From positions 12,601 through 76,600 of the forward strand of contig JAUYLJ010000027.1 in the NCBI GenBank assembly GCA_030699685.1: DNA of 64,000 nt. Reading direction: 5' to 3'. The notes beneath the pieces were generated by a model. The model ran no database searches and was not told where the DNA came from. It saw only the letters and a program-made list of their open reading frames with translations. The stretch comes from a bacterium. Lineage in GTDB: Bacteria > Patescibacteriota > Patescibacteriia > JAHIZJ01. The position numbers and the translations under genes are program-made. Below are positions 1-10,369 of this stretch, piece after piece; position 1 is the stretch's first letter, and every line of letters begins with the position of its first letter.

Positions 1-523
1 TAAAATCTGCGTGTTTCAGTATTACAAAAAACTTTATAACCCTTTCTCCGGCTATGTTTTGGCCGGCGGCGGCGATGATACGGGAATTTACTATAGCGAT
101 CTTGGCGCGAGAAAATTCTGGTCATTGCTCAAAACGAGTCGGGACAAAATACGCCACGGCCAAGGGAAAGAGTTAATTTCAGGTTTTCACTCCCCCCTCT
201 CATACCAGTCGTACTATGACATGTGCAATCCTGATGGCGACTATAATTGTTTTCCTTTTTTGGAGGTTTTGAAAAATAAACAACTGTCAACCAAAAGGCT
301 GTTTCGGCATTATCAATCCATCGACATCCCAACCTTGGTGGTGTATGGGGGCAACGATGAATATTGTTACGATAATGTCCCAAAAGTCATGACCATACTC
401 AAAAACAAATGCCCGGCGCCGGAATTGTTCGTCTGGCGCGTCGTTCCTCAAGCTGATCACAGTTTTCACGGCCGCGAACGCGCCTTGGCCAATATAATTA
501 TCCGATGGATTCGAAAGATATGA
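1..523 (+). CDS. C-terminal fragment of alpha/beta-hydrolase-like protein (5' end outside window)
   Basis: ORF is open to window start; C-terminal Asp/His-containing motifs (GGNDEY, ADHSF) are typical of the alpha/beta-hydrolase fold; weak assignment. Confidence 0.35.
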   Translation, partial: KICVFQYYKKLYNPFSGYVLAGGGDDTGIYYSDLGARKFWSLLKTSRDKIRHGQGKELISGFHSPLSYQSYYDMCNPDGDYNCFPFLEVLKNKQLSTKRLFRHYQSIDIPTLVVYGGNDEYCYDNVPKVMTILKNKCPAPELFVWRVVPQADHSFHGRERALANIIIRWIRKI

Positions 524-1503
524 GATTAGAAAATCCAATATTCCAAACGGCTGATGTTACTGAAGAAGTTATCATTGAGCTTATCCAAAGTTCTCCACTT
601 CAGCGGTTGAAAGGCATCAACACCTCAGGATATCCTTTGCCTTTTGGAAAAAACATGACTCGTGACCGCTACAGCCACTCTATCGGCGTCTTCATGCTAT
701 TGCGGCAGTTCGGCGCTTCACTGGAAGAACAAATCGCCGGTTTAATTCATGACGTTTCACACTCAGCATTTTCTCACGCGATTGATTACGTGCTCGATGA
801 GGGATCGGGCGCCCACCAGCATCATCAAGATAACGTTCATGATGAGTTCGTCAGGAAATCAGAGATCGCCGATATCGTACGCCGGCACGGATTCAGCCTC
901 GATCGTTTGCTCAATGACGAAAATTTTCCACTGAAAGAAACGAAGCTGCCCGACCTGTGCGCCGATAGAATTGATTATTCGCTCAACGAAGCCCTCGAGT
1001 ATCTTAGTACGCCCGCAGAGACGATTCAAAAATTGCTCGACCGGCTAAAGGTCATCAACAGACAATGGGTATACGACAATCAGCCCGCGGCTCGACAGCA
1101 CGCGGAAATGTTTGCCGAACTCAACACAAAGCATTGGTCCGCGCTTACCGATGCCGCCGTATTCTACGCGGTGGGACAATACCTGCGCCATAGTTTGGAT
1201 AACAAATACATTGATCTTCATGACCTGTATACCACCGACAACGCTGTGCTGGAAAAAATAGCACCGCATCACAACGATGATAAAAAACTAGCGTTGCTAT
1301 GGGATCGAATGAATAACAAATACCGATACGTTAACGATCCGGATAACTATGAAGCAATCGTGGAAGTGAAATCTCGGGCGATTGACCCGCTCTTTGATGA
1401 CCGGGGAAGCATTCGCCGACTGTCGGACACCGATCCAAAATGGATGGATTTTGTCAGTAGGGAGCTTGTGCCAAAAAAATACTTTTTGAGATTTCTCGAA
1501 TGA
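505..1503 (+). CDS. HD-domain metal-dependent phosphohydrolase
   Basis: HS...IHDVSHSAFSH motif (HD signature); 332 aa; overlaps previous ORF end. Confidence 0.6.
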   Translation: MDSKDMRLENPIFQTADVTEEVIIELIQSSPLQRLKGINTSGYPLPFGKNMTRDRYSHSIGVFMLLRQFGASLEEQIAGLIHDVSHSAFSHAIDYVLDEGSGAHQHHQDNVHDEFVRKSEIADIVRRHGFSLDRLLNDENFPLKETKLPDLCADRIDYSLNEALEYLSTPAETIQKLLDRLKVINRQWVYDNQPAARQHAEMFAELNTKHWSALTDAAVFYAVGQYLRHSLDNKYIDLHDLYTTDNAVLEKIAPHHNDDKKLALLWDRMNNKYRYVNDPDNYEAIVEVKSRAIDPLFDDRGSIRRLSDTDPKWMDFVSRELVPKKYFLRFLE

Positions 1504-2129
1504 TGCGCATTTACGAAAATTATTATGATATCATTGTTCTTCCTCCGAAAAAAGTCCAGGACAAACTCATCGCGTTGAGCGAAAAACTAACGGGAGGTAA
1601 AGGTCTTTGGCAGCTGGGCGAGCGCGAGTATATCCCTCATCTCTCCCTATATCATATTCCCGTCAAACCAACGGATTTTGAACAACTGGCACAAAAGACA
1701 CGGGACGTGATCAGCCGCGTCTCCTTTGGAGAAATTCGATGCCAAAAAGCGGAAAAATTCGACCCACACAACTCTGTCTTCATCACGACAAATAATCCTG
1801 ATTGGCTGGTGAAACTTCATCAGGAGATTATTCAAAAAACACTGCCACTCTTCGACTGGTCTTACGACGTCAAAGGTATTTGGCATGCCGAACAGTTCCC
1901 CGACGAGGCGAGAGCAAACTTTGATCGTTACGGCACGCCCATGGCCGGTTCCTACTTCCAGCCTCACTTCACGTTGACTATCTTTCCGGACCGGAACACA
2001 ATGACCGAACGCTATTCAACATTTTCTTTTGAACCCTTTGCTTTCCAAGCCGATGAGGTAGCCATCGGCCAGCTGGGCGATCATATTCAGATCGCTTCGG
2101 TCATAAAACGCTATCCGAAAAAACAGTAA
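1500..2129 (+). CDS. 2H phosphoesterase family protein (LigT/2'-5' RNA ligase-like)
   Basis: two H-x-[TS]-x motifs (HLSLYH ... HFTLT); ATGA start/stop overlap with upstream HD gene. Confidence 0.5.
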   Translation: MMRIYENYYDIIVLPPKKVQDKLIALSEKLTGGKGLWQLGEREYIPHLSLYHIPVKPTDFEQLAQKTRDVISRVSFGEIRCQKAEKFDPHNSVFITTNNPDWLVKLHQEIIQKTLPLFDWSYDVKGIWHAEQFPDEARANFDRYGTPMAGSYFQPHFTLTIFPDRNTMTERYSTFSFEPFAFQADEVAIGQLGDHIQIASVIKRYPKKQ

Positions 2130-2458
2130 TGAAGTTTTTTGATCAAGTAAAATTGCATACCAAAAAAATCCCCCGCGGCCGGGTAGCCAGTTATGGGCAA
2201 ATCGCGGCGATGATCAGCACGCCCCGGGCCGCTCGTATGGTCGGCTGGTGCCTCCACACCATGGACGGCTTATCCGACGTTCCTTGGCATCGAGTAATCA
2301 ACAGCAAAGGATACATCACCACAAACTGTGAAACGCACACTTCCAGTGTTCAAAAACAGCTTCTCGAACAGGAAGGCGTGAAATTTATAAAAAAAGACGG
2401 GCTTTGGTGGACAGACATGAAACGATACCAATGGCGGTCACGAGAATCAGAAGTGTGA
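2129..2458 (+). CDS. alkyltransferase-like (Atl) protein, MGMT DNA-binding domain with Trp replacing the active Cys
   Basis: VPWHRVINSKG motif corresponds to the Ogt/Ada PCHRV motif with C->W, as in Atl proteins. Confidence 0.6.
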   Translation: MKFFDQVKLHTKKIPRGRVASYGQIAAMISTPRAARMVGWCLHTMDGLSDVPWHRVINSKGYITTNCETHTSSVQKQLLEQEGVKFIKKDGLWWTDMKRYQWRSRESEV

Positions 2459-2492
2459 GCCGCTGCTGGAGATACGCGGGCCCAAAAAACCC

Positions 2493-2520
2493 TTGACTTT
2501 ATTATATGCTTAGGTAATCT
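2493..2520 (+). promoter_or_regulatory. sigma70-like promoter candidate (TTGACT-16nt-TAATCT) upstream of 2581 ORF
   Basis: read from sequence; followed by GAGGAG RBS. Confidence 0.35.
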
Positions 2521-2580
2521 GTATTGTCAGCTGGCCGAATGAAAGGTGGTACGTATTCGCTCTTTGCTTGAGGAGAAATA

Positions 2581-3309
2581 ATGAACAAAGAGATATCGTC
2601 TGCTCCAATGCACTGGCAAAAGCTTGCCCTCGAAAGATTTTGGACACTATTGGAGAGGACACAACCGCGGGTTGAGCGCCTCTTGCACGAACCCCTACTG
2701 TCGATGATCTTCTCGCTTTTTTCCGACGGTCTGTGGGGGTTGCTGAACGACGATGAACGAAGCCTGGTCAGCTTCGAACTGACCTGGGCGGCCAGTCGCC
2801 AGTCGAGATGGGGTCAGGCTGACAAAATCCGGCTCATCTTGCGAACGATGACCGAGACAGAAGAATCTCCCTGGCTTCAGAATCAACTATTTCTCTTTAC
2901 TCAGGCAGCGAGAGAAGAAGAGATAGAGTACCCACGCGATCAGATTCCACGCCAAATCTACGAGGGCATCATCGCACGTTTCAGTACGCTGTTGCTCCAG
3001 TCGCCAGATGAGCAAGATCCTATCGCGCTGTATGATTTTGCCGTCCGGATCAACCGATACACCCGGTCATGCCGGAAGATCTTTGGACAATATGACTGGA
3101 AAACCCAACATTGGTACGGCGAAAAGCAGCGCATTCTGATGAGCTTAATAAGGCATTTCCCTCATACGGTCCAATGCCAAACTGATGGCAATTCGCTCCT
3201 AATCATCCCAAGGAAATTTGGCCCCCGAATTGGTCTGCATATACCGCAACAATATCTACCCGCCGATCTCCGCCGAAAGCACTTTCCCCTTTCCAAACCC
3301 GTCTCGTAA
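2581..3309 (+). CDS. hypothetical protein
   Basis: 242-aa ORF with RBS GAGGAGAAATA; no recognisable motifs. Confidence 0.5.
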   Translation: MNKEISSAPMHWQKLALERFWTLLERTQPRVERLLHEPLLSMIFSLFSDGLWGLLNDDERSLVSFELTWAASRQSRWGQADKIRLILRTMTETEESPWLQNQLFLFTQAAREEEIEYPRDQIPRQIYEGIIARFSTLLLQSPDEQDPIALYDFAVRINRYTRSCRKIFGQYDWKTQHWYGEKQRILMSLIRHFPHTVQCQTDGNSLLIIPRKFGPRIGLHIPQQYLPADLRRKHFPLSKPVS

Positions 3310-3382
3310 GTCGGGTTTTTGTTTACTCTCCTGCTCCATACCGACTACTTGTCTTTTCAATAGGGTTGCTAAGCATTCCCGA

Positions 3383-6300
3383 TTACTGTGTTTTTGAATA
3401 CCGTTTTTTCAGCCGATTACCCAAAGACTTCCAAACCGAGTACAGTACCGGGATGGCGATAAGCGTGCCCACGGTCGAGAAAATGAGGCCGGAAATGATG
3501 CTTGTGCCTAATCCTCGCCAGAACGGGTCCAGGATAGTCAGTGGCAAAATACCGCCAATGGTCGTAATGGAGGTGGAGAAAATCGGCTTGAAGCGGGTGT
3601 GTCCTGTCCGGACCAACAGGTCGGCAAATGACGCTTCAGGCATTTCTTCCCGGTACCGGTTGTAGGTAGCGATAAAGACGATCGCGTCGTTGACCACGAT
3701 TCCAACCAGAGCAATCACTCCCAGCCCGGAAATCATGTTCAGAGAGCTGCCGACTAGGAGTAAACCAGGAAACACGCCAATCAGCGCCAGCGGAACCGCA
3801 AATAGGATCAGTCCCGGTTGGATGTAGGAATTGAACTGATAGACCAGGATGAGGTAGACCAGTAGCATGGCCAAAAGGAAGACAATCTGGAGATTGCCAT
3901 AGTCTTCGGAAAAAGTGGCGAACAACCCACCAAAGATAATTCCATCCTTAGCTAGACCTAGTTCGACCAGCTTTTCCTCGGTGTAACGATCGCGGATTTT
4001 CTTTTCGATCGCTGCCGGGTCGGTGTCATCATCAACCGAGATGTTTACCGCGGCTACTCGGGAGCCGTTCAGACGGGCCAGTGAAGCGAGTCTTTCAACT
4101 TCCGATATCTCCGCCACCGAGTTCAAATCTGTCGTGCCGCCGTTCAGCGTCGGAACCCGGAGGTTTTGGAGATCCTCAATCGAATCGGTCGACTCATCAG
4201 CAAACGCCAGCTCTACGTCATCCGACACTCCGTCATCACGTATGACGATTGAACCTATTTTTTGCGGTGAAAAAACGGCATTTACCGTCCCGGCCGCGGC
4301 CAGGGAATTGACATTTTGGCTGGCCAATCGGTCTTGATCGAGATCAACTTCCACGGCCACCTGCAAGTCCGTCACGAGCGTTTCTTCAGTCTCCACTACT
4401 CCTTCTTCGTTGGCAAGAAACTCCGTCAAATCCGTGGAGGCGCGCGCCAGCGCTTCAGGATTGAGACCGAGAAACTCGACAATAATGTCGAATTCCGACT
4501 CAGGCGGCCCATATCCCGCAGGTTCGGCCACGATCTCTATGTCGTTCGAAAAATTCATCCTAACGAAGTTTAGCCGTTCATCCAGCTCGTCGTTGATCTG
4601 ATTGATGGTGATACCATCTTTTCGATCCTGAGGTGGAGTAAAGGTTGCCCAAACCAAACCCTCGTAGGTAAACGCAGTCTGAAAATGCGGCAGATCCACC
4701 ACTTCGGCCAAGGTCTGACGGAAAATCTCTTTTTGCGTCTCCGTAGTTGTGCCAGTCGGTGTCCGCAGCGTCACGAGGATGGTATCGGAATCATTTGTCG
4801 GAAACTCTTCGAACTTGAGTTGCGGAGCGAAGATTCCTAAACTGCCAAAGAGTAAAATAGCCGTCACCGCGATCACGCCGAATTTCCGCCAGCCGCTGGC
4901 GTAGATTCCCGTCATGAAATGCCGATAACCGCGGCTGAGCCAGTCAATAAAATTCTGTCCATAGTGGACAATGGCCGGAAGGACTAGGGCTTTTTCCCAG
5001 CCCCGAATCCGTGAGGCTCTCCGTTCTTCGTACGTCTGTTGGCGCAGAAGCCATCGGCCGAGCAAAGGAGTAATTGTCACCGCTAAAAAGTACGATGACA
5101 ATAACATAATGATAATGGTGTAGGGGATGAACTTCATGAACTCTCCCACTATCCCGCCAATCGATGCAAAAGGAATAAACACCACCACGGTCGTCAACGT
5201 TGCCGCGGTCACAGCTGGACCAAGTTTCATGATTGATGTCAGCGCGGCCTCACGCCGCTTGGCGCCTTTTTCTACCTCATGCACCATGCCCTCGGCGATG
5301 ACGATGGCATTGTCCACCAGAATTCCAAGAGTCAGAATCATGGCGAAGAGCGTCAGAATGTTCAACGTGAAGTCCATGACCGCCAACATAAACAGAGTAA
5401 TCAGAAAAACCATCGGAATGATCAGGGCCACCACGACTGCCGCTCTGAAATTGATGAAAAATAGTAATACGATCAGAATAAGAATCAGCCCCAGTAAACC
5501 GTTATTAAGCAAGGTAGAAATCTGATCCGTGATGAATGGTGAAGTGTCGTAAAGCACTACCAGCTCCATCCCCTCCGGCAAAACCACGCTCTGAATTTCT
5601 TCCGTTGTTTCCCGAACGGCTTCTGAGATCTCAATAATATCGCCATCGGCTTTTTTCAAAACCAAGAAATAGACCGCCTCTTTCACCTCAGCCGTACCAT
5701 CTTTCACGTAGCCGCCAAAAGTCACGGAGCTACCGGTCGCCTCACGGTTGAATTCCGCCAAATCGCCGAGCGTCACCGGACCGAAAGAAGTGCGGCGCAG
5801 GTCATCCAGCGACTGGACCGGAGCCTGGATGATGATGGATTTTTCCTGTCCGCTTTCTGTTTCGACCATACCCCCAGGTAGCGAAGTCAGCTGTGACTGG
5901 ATGGTACTTTTGACTAGATCATATGATAGACCAGCTTGAACGACAGCCGAAGCGTCAAGAGTGATGGTGATAACAAACTCATTGCCAGGGACAATATCGA
6001 TTTTCTCAATACCCGGCGACGCGGCAAGCAGCCTGGAACGAACCTCACTGGCATAATCCAGCATTTGGTTGATAGTTTGATCCTCGGTCGAAACCAAACC
6101 GAGTGAAAGCGACGGACCGGTCGGGTCCAATACCTCCACGCTTGTCTCCGCGTCGCTTGGTAAACCGAGTTTGGCCACTTCGGTGCTTAAAGTCTCGGCC
6201 GCATTTTCTGTCTCGAGCACGTCCTCCATCTCCACCGTAACAAAAGCAAAACTGTTGCTGATATTGGATCGCAAAGATTTCACGCCAGCCAGTTCGTCCA

Positions 6301-6535
6301 CGGCTTGTTCAACCGGGATGATCACTTCCTGTTCAATATCGGCAGCCGATGCGCCGGGATAGACCGTCTGGACAAAAATAAAGTTTGTGGGAATTTGCGG
6401 AAAATCCTGGCGTTGGTTATTGCCTACGCCCCAAAGCCCAGCCACCAGAATGGCAATCAATATGATGATTGTCACCCTGTATTTATCAATAAAAAACCGA
6501 GACCAACGAACCAAAAACGAATCAGAGCTTCCCAT
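3383..6535 (-). CDS. RND-family efflux transporter permease (AcrB/MMPL-like, 1050 aa)
   Basis: N-terminus FFIDKYRV...YPGASAADIE matches AcrB-type start; two 6-TM bundles with large loops; length typical. Confidence 0.8.
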   Translation of the reverse strand: MGSSDSFLVRWSRFFIDKYRVTIIILIAILVAGLWGVGNNQRQDFPQIPTNFIFVQTVYPGASAADIEQEVIIPVEQAVDELAGVKSLRSNISNSFAFVTVEMEDVLETENAAETLSTEVAKLGLPSDAETSVEVLDPTGPSLSLGLVSTEDQTINQMLDYASEVRSRLLAASPGIEKIDIVPGNEFVITITLDASAVVQAGLSYDLVKSTIQSQLTSLPGGMVETESGQEKSIIIQAPVQSLDDLRRTSFGPVTLGDLAEFNREATGSSVTFGGYVKDGTAEVKEAVYFLVLKKADGDIIEISEAVRETTEEIQSVVLPEGMELVVLYDTSPFITDQISTLLNNGLLGLILILIVLLFFINFRAAVVVALIIPMVFLITLFMLAVMDFTLNILTLFAMILTLGILVDNAIVIAEGMVHEVEKGAKRREAALTSIMKLGPAVTAATLTTVVVFIPFASIGGIVGEFMKFIPYTIIIMLLSSYFLAVTITPLLGRWLLRQQTYEERRASRIRGWEKALVLPAIVHYGQNFIDWLSRGYRHFMTGIYASGWRKFGVIAVTAILLFGSLGIFAPQLKFEEFPTNDSDTILVTLRTPTGTTTETQKEIFRQTLAEVVDLPHFQTAFTYEGLVWATFTPPQDRKDGITINQINDELDERLNFVRMNFSNDIEIVAEPAGYGPPESEFDIIVEFLGLNPEALARASTDLTEFLANEEGVVETEETLVTDLQVAVEVDLDQDRLASQNVNSLAAAGTVNAVFSPQKIGSIVIRDDGVSDDVELAFADESTDSIEDLQNLRVPTLNGGTTDLNSVAEISEVERLASLARLNGSRVAAVNISVDDDTDPAAIEKKIRDRYTEEKLVELGLAKDGIIFGGLFATFSEDYGNLQIVFLLAMLLVYLILVYQFNSYIQPGLILFAVPLALIGVFPGLLLVGSSLNMISGLGVIALVGIVVNDAIVFIATYNRYREEMPEASFADLLVRTGHTRFKPIFSTSITTIGGILPLTILDPFWRGLGTSIISGLIFSTVGTLIAIPVLYSVWKSLGNRLKKRYSKTQ

Positions 6536-6737
6536 ATGCTTTATTATTCATTTAAATATCACCGATTTCCACCGGCTGATTTTTTACTATACTCCAGAGT
6601 TTTTTCCTCGTCAATCCGAGCCTTTTTGACAAAAAAACTGTTTTCATCCATACTCAAGCGGTTATTTCTTAAAATCTGCGTCAATGTTTTTGGATCCTGA
6701 TTGCCCCTGTGGCGGCAGCTGCGGCTGCTAGCGTAAA

Positions 6738-6772
6738 CGCCCCTTTCGTAGGGGCGTTTGTTTGTTCAGGGG
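6738..6772. terminator. perfect 10-bp GC hairpin (AAACGCCCCT-TTCG-TAGGGGCGTTT) followed by GTTTGTTTGTT
   Basis: seen directly; lies in a divergent intergenic region, so role uncertain. Confidence 0.3.
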
Positions 6773-6813
6773 TGTAATATTTTGACAAGTGAAATTTTTC
6801 GAGGTAGCTTGAA

Positions 6814-7527
6814 ATGGTGCCAACGCCTAAGCCATACATCATAGAGCATCGAATTCAAACGACACACAATGTGATCGTTTTTAATCTTGAGCCGCAAGAA
6901 GGCGACGTATTCGATTTCCGGCCCGGGCAGTTCGTTATGGTAGCGCTTTATGGACAGGACGGACAGCCCCTGCCAAAAGCCAAGCCCTACTCAGTCTGCA
7001 GCTCCCCGCTGAAAAAAAGCCAGCTGCAAATCGCTTTCAAAATACAAGGTGAGTTCACAAATACGCTGGCCCAACTCAAAGCCGGAGACCGCGTCGGCAT
7101 TTCCGGCCCCTTTGGCGTCTTCACCTACGATGAGAAAAAAATGACTGAGGCCGTATTTCTGGCCGGAGGCATCGGCATCACTCCTTTCGTCTCCATGTTC
7201 CGCTACGCTACGGGAAAACAGCTGTCAAACTCACTGACTCTTTTGTTCGCCAACCAAACACCCGAAGATATTGTTTTTCTGGAAGATTTGCAGCTACTGG
7301 ACAAACAAAACCCACATTTCACCGCTCACTTCGTGGTGGAACGTCCGGAAGCGGATTGGCAGGGAGAAACAGGCCGCGTCAACAAGGCGATGCTAGAAAA
7401 ATATTGCCAGCCAGTTATGGGAAAGTATTTCTTTGTTTGCGGGCCGGACGGCTTCATTATTGCCATGACCGAAATACTGAAAGGATTGAGTGTCGACGCC
7501 GAACACATCAAGGTAGAAAAATTTTAG
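6814..7527 (+). CDS. FAD/NAD(P)-binding ferredoxin-reductase-type oxidoreductase subunit (sulfhydrogenase/DHOD electron-transfer-subunit-like)
   Basis: RPGQFVMV ... GGIGITP motifs of FNR-like fold; adjacent to 2-oxoacid:ferredoxin oxidoreductase genes. Confidence 0.6.
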   Translation: MVPTPKPYIIEHRIQTTHNVIVFNLEPQEGDVFDFRPGQFVMVALYGQDGQPLPKAKPYSVCSSPLKKSQLQIAFKIQGEFTNTLAQLKAGDRVGISGPFGVFTYDEKKMTEAVFLAGGIGITPFVSMFRYATGKQLSNSLTLLFANQTPEDIVFLEDLQLLDKQNPHFTAHFVVERPEADWQGETGRVNKAMLEKYCQPVMGKYFFVCGPDGFIIAMTEILKGLSVDAEHIKVEKF

Positions 7528-7540
7528 CAATACAAAACAG

Positions 7541-7574
7541 CGCGGGCGCCGATTCGGCGCCCGCGTTTTTGTTT
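7541..7574. terminator. bidirectional intrinsic terminator between convergent genes
   Basis: 11-bp GC stem CGCGGGCGCCG/CGGCGCCCGCG, loop ATTC, T-runs on both sides. Confidence 0.6.
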
Positions 7575-7620
7575 CTTGATTGTGTCTTGGTTTTAGGACC
7601 AACGCGTTACTCCCAAAGGA

Positions 7621-8475
7621 TTATTGGAACTGCTTCATCAGCCGGCTGATGTCTTGCTTGGGTTTTTGTTTCAGAAGACTAGTTGTGGCTAACTGCGGCA
7701 TATGCGACTCGTATGTCGGGCGTTGTTCCTGATAGAACACCCCAATCGCTATATTTTCCCAATCGCCTGATCTGACGTACGCCGCTTGCCGATCATTTGG
7801 CGACCATTTCTCATCTTCGAGCTTGTGGAGTTTTGGTTTGTAGCGCTCACGGATGTTCTCATCGTCAAAAAATATCACGCAGGGTTGGATGACTTCCACC
7901 ACGGCAAAACCCGGATGCGCGATCGCCTTTTCGTACAGTGCTTTGAGATGGGTCACTTCATCAGAATATCCGCGGGCGACAAAGGTGGCTCCGGCCGTCA
8001 GCGCCAGCTGCAAGGCGTTGAGAGGTTCATCAATCGCCCCGCTTAAAGCTGTCTTTGTTTTCTGGCCTGGTTTGGTGGTCGGCGAAGTCTGTCCCGTGGT
8101 TAAACTGTAACGTTCGTTATTATGAATGATAAAGGTCATGTTCACGTTGCGCCGGCTGGCGTGGAGAAAATGATTACCCCCCTCTCCCAAGCCTCCACCA
8201 TCACCGGCAATCGCCACCACCGTCAAATCATGATTGGCAAACTTGACTGCCGTGGCTACGGGTAGCGCTCGACCATGCAAAGAGTGAAAGCCATAAACAT
8301 TGTGCCAATTAGCTCCATTGCCACAACAACCGATGTCAAAGCTCATAAACACTTGATGCGGCTCCAGCCCCAGTGACACATAGGCCTGAGCCAACGCCGT
8401 CCACATACCGAAATTACCACAGCCCGGACACCAGGTCGGTTTGATATCGGTTAAGAAGTCTTTCTGGATAGCCAT
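7621..8475 (-). CDS. korB: 2-oxoacid:ferredoxin oxidoreductase beta subunit (TPP-binding)
   Basis: CPGCG...GDGG TPP-binding motifs, 284 aa. Confidence 0.8.
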   Translation of the reverse strand: MAIQKDFLTDIKPTWCPGCGNFGMWTALAQAYVSLGLEPHQVFMSFDIGCCGNGANWHNVYGFHSLHGRALPVATAVKFANHDLTVVAIAGDGGGLGEGGNHFLHASRRNVNMTFIIHNNERYSLTTGQTSPTTKPGQKTKTALSGAIDEPLNALQLALTAGATFVARGYSDEVTHLKALYEKAIAHPGFAVVEVIQPCVIFFDDENIRERYKPKLHKLEDEKWSPNDRQAAYVRSGDWENIAIGVFYQEQRPTYESHMPQLATTSLLKQKPKQDISRLMKQFQ

Positions 8476-8508
8476 TCAATTCAGAATTAAAAATACACAA
8501 TGAAAAAA

Positions 8509-10248
8509 TTACCCGAGCTTTTTGGCTTTGGCAATGATTTCATGAGGGAAAAAATGAGCGCCGTCGTATTTGAGGAAAACATCGTCCACTTTAATCCCGG
8601 TAGCGCCTCTCAGGAGCTCGGCAAACTGGCCTGTGGCGTTATTCTCGATCGCCACAAGCTTGCGCGCTCCGCTAACCGCGGTTTTCATCACCTTTTCAGA
8701 GATCGGCCACGGCGCGGATACATGAAGGTAATTCACGTTCTTCAACTCTTTCAGCGCTTCGAGCATCGGACCTTTTGTTGAGCCCCAACCGATGAAGGTC
8801 AGAGCGGCTTTTTTCGGTCCAATCAGCATCGGCTTCGGCAATTCCGCGTGGATACGCGACACCTTGCGAAAGCGTTTGTCTACCTGGCGGACGCGCTCAG
8901 GACCCTGGAACCCTTCGATAGTATACCCGCGCTCGTCATGCTCATCGCTGTTGGCCAGGAAAATCCCGTTGAGTTGACCGGGTACCGCTCGCGGGGAAAT
9001 GCCAGAGGTAGTGTGCAAATACCGCTTGTATTCCTTTATCTTAGTCAGTTGCGCGTCAGTCAGTCTGGCGCCGCGATCGACTGTAAATTTCTGGGTGATC
9101 GGAGCGATGGATTCGTGCGCCTCTGAGATATACTTATCGAGCAATAAAATAACTGGTATCTGATACTTTTCCGCGAGATTAAACGCCAATCCCGTCAACG
9201 GAAAGGCTTCAGACGCGTCGCCGGGTGCCAGGATCACTCTGGGAAACTCGCCATGACCGGCCCGACTGACATAGGCCAGATCACCCTGCTCGGTCCAGGT
9301 CGGCAAACCAGTGGCCGGACCAGGACGCTGCGACTCCACCAGAACCAACGGATTTTCAGTAACCGCCGTTAAAGACAGCGCTTCATTCATCAGCGCGAAG
9401 CCCCCTCCAGATGTCGCGGTCATCGTGCGTACGCCGGCAAACATCCCGCCGATGGCCATGTGAATGCCCGCGATCTCATCCTCTGGTTGAAAGACAAGCA
9501 TCCCCGTTTCATCAGCCCAGTTCATCATGTTGTGGAGAATAGAGGAAGAAGGGGTCATCGGGTAGGCCACGAAAAATTGACAACCAGCTGCCACCGCGCC
9601 GAGAGCCACTGTGTCATTAGCAGTAACCAGTATTTGAGAGCCGCGCTTCTTGGCCGGAGTCAGGGTAAAAGGAAAAGCCGCCGGATCAAATTCTTTCTGG
9701 GCATAGTGATAGCCGAAATCAAAAGCCTTCAGGTTCATCGCCACCACCTCTTGGCCTTTGGCGCTGAAAACTTCCTGGAGCGTGCGCTTGACGATATCCG
9801 GGTCATATTTCAGAAGGGCGGTAGTGGCGCCAATCGCTAATATATTGGCCGCGATTGGTTTTACCCCGGCAGACTCACTGAGTGTTTTAAGCGGCAACGG
9901 AAAGACTTTCCTGCCACGGACATTTTTCGCCTCAACCTTGAACTTGTCACTATCGTAAAGTATCGCGCCGCCAGGCACCACATCAGATAAACAGTATTCG
10001 TAGGCTTCTTTGGTCAGGGCGATCAATAGTTGATTTGGCTGATAGATGGCCGAGACCGGCGAAGTGGAAATACTCAGGCGATAGGTGACAAACTCACCGC
10101 GAATGAGCGATGGATACTCAGAGCTATCGAACGTGTAAAGGCCACCGCGAGCGCACGCTTTGGCAAAAATAAGTCCGGCCACCTGCTGACCGCCACCGGC
10201 GATACCGGCGATTTTCCATGTCAGTACTTGTTCAGAATCTTTCGGCAT
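8509..10248 (-). CDS. korA: 2-oxoacid:ferredoxin oxidoreductase alpha subunit with N-terminal gamma domain
   Basis: N-terminal GGGQQVAGLI gamma-domain motif plus POR alpha core; 579 aa. Confidence 0.8.
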   Translation of the reverse strand: MPKDSEQVLTWKIAGIAGGGQQVAGLIFAKACARGGLYTFDSSEYPSLIRGEFVTYRLSISTSPVSAIYQPNQLLIALTKEAYEYCLSDVVPGGAILYDSDKFKVEAKNVRGRKVFPLPLKTLSESAGVKPIAANILAIGATTALLKYDPDIVKRTLQEVFSAKGQEVVAMNLKAFDFGYHYAQKEFDPAAFPFTLTPAKKRGSQILVTANDTVALGAVAAGCQFFVAYPMTPSSSILHNMMNWADETGMLVFQPEDEIAGIHMAIGGMFAGVRTMTATSGGGFALMNEALSLTAVTENPLVLVESQRPGPATGLPTWTEQGDLAYVSRAGHGEFPRVILAPGDASEAFPLTGLAFNLAEKYQIPVILLLDKYISEAHESIAPITQKFTVDRGARLTDAQLTKIKEYKRYLHTTSGISPRAVPGQLNGIFLANSDEHDERGYTIEGFQGPERVRQVDKRFRKVSRIHAELPKPMLIGPKKAALTFIGWGSTKGPMLEALKELKNVNYLHVSAPWPISEKVMKTAVSGARKLVAIENNATGQFAELLRGATGIKVDDVFLKYDGAHFFPHEIIAKAKKLG

Positions 10249-10369
10249 GCTGACAGTATATCAGGAATTGCCCGTTGTACCAAACGCGGGTACCGCTGTT
10301 GATTTCCGGGCTCATTCATGATACCGTGCGAAATGCGGATGCCTAAAAACCTGACTTTCAATACGTCCC

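Noticed and set aside
3366-6700. Multiple 60-130-aa ORFs on the + strand overlapping the RND transporter gene (e.g. 4023-4337, 5127-5525, 6305-6700)
   Set aside because: Embedded antisense in a clearly conserved 1050-aa gene; low-complexity translations; typical six-frame noise.
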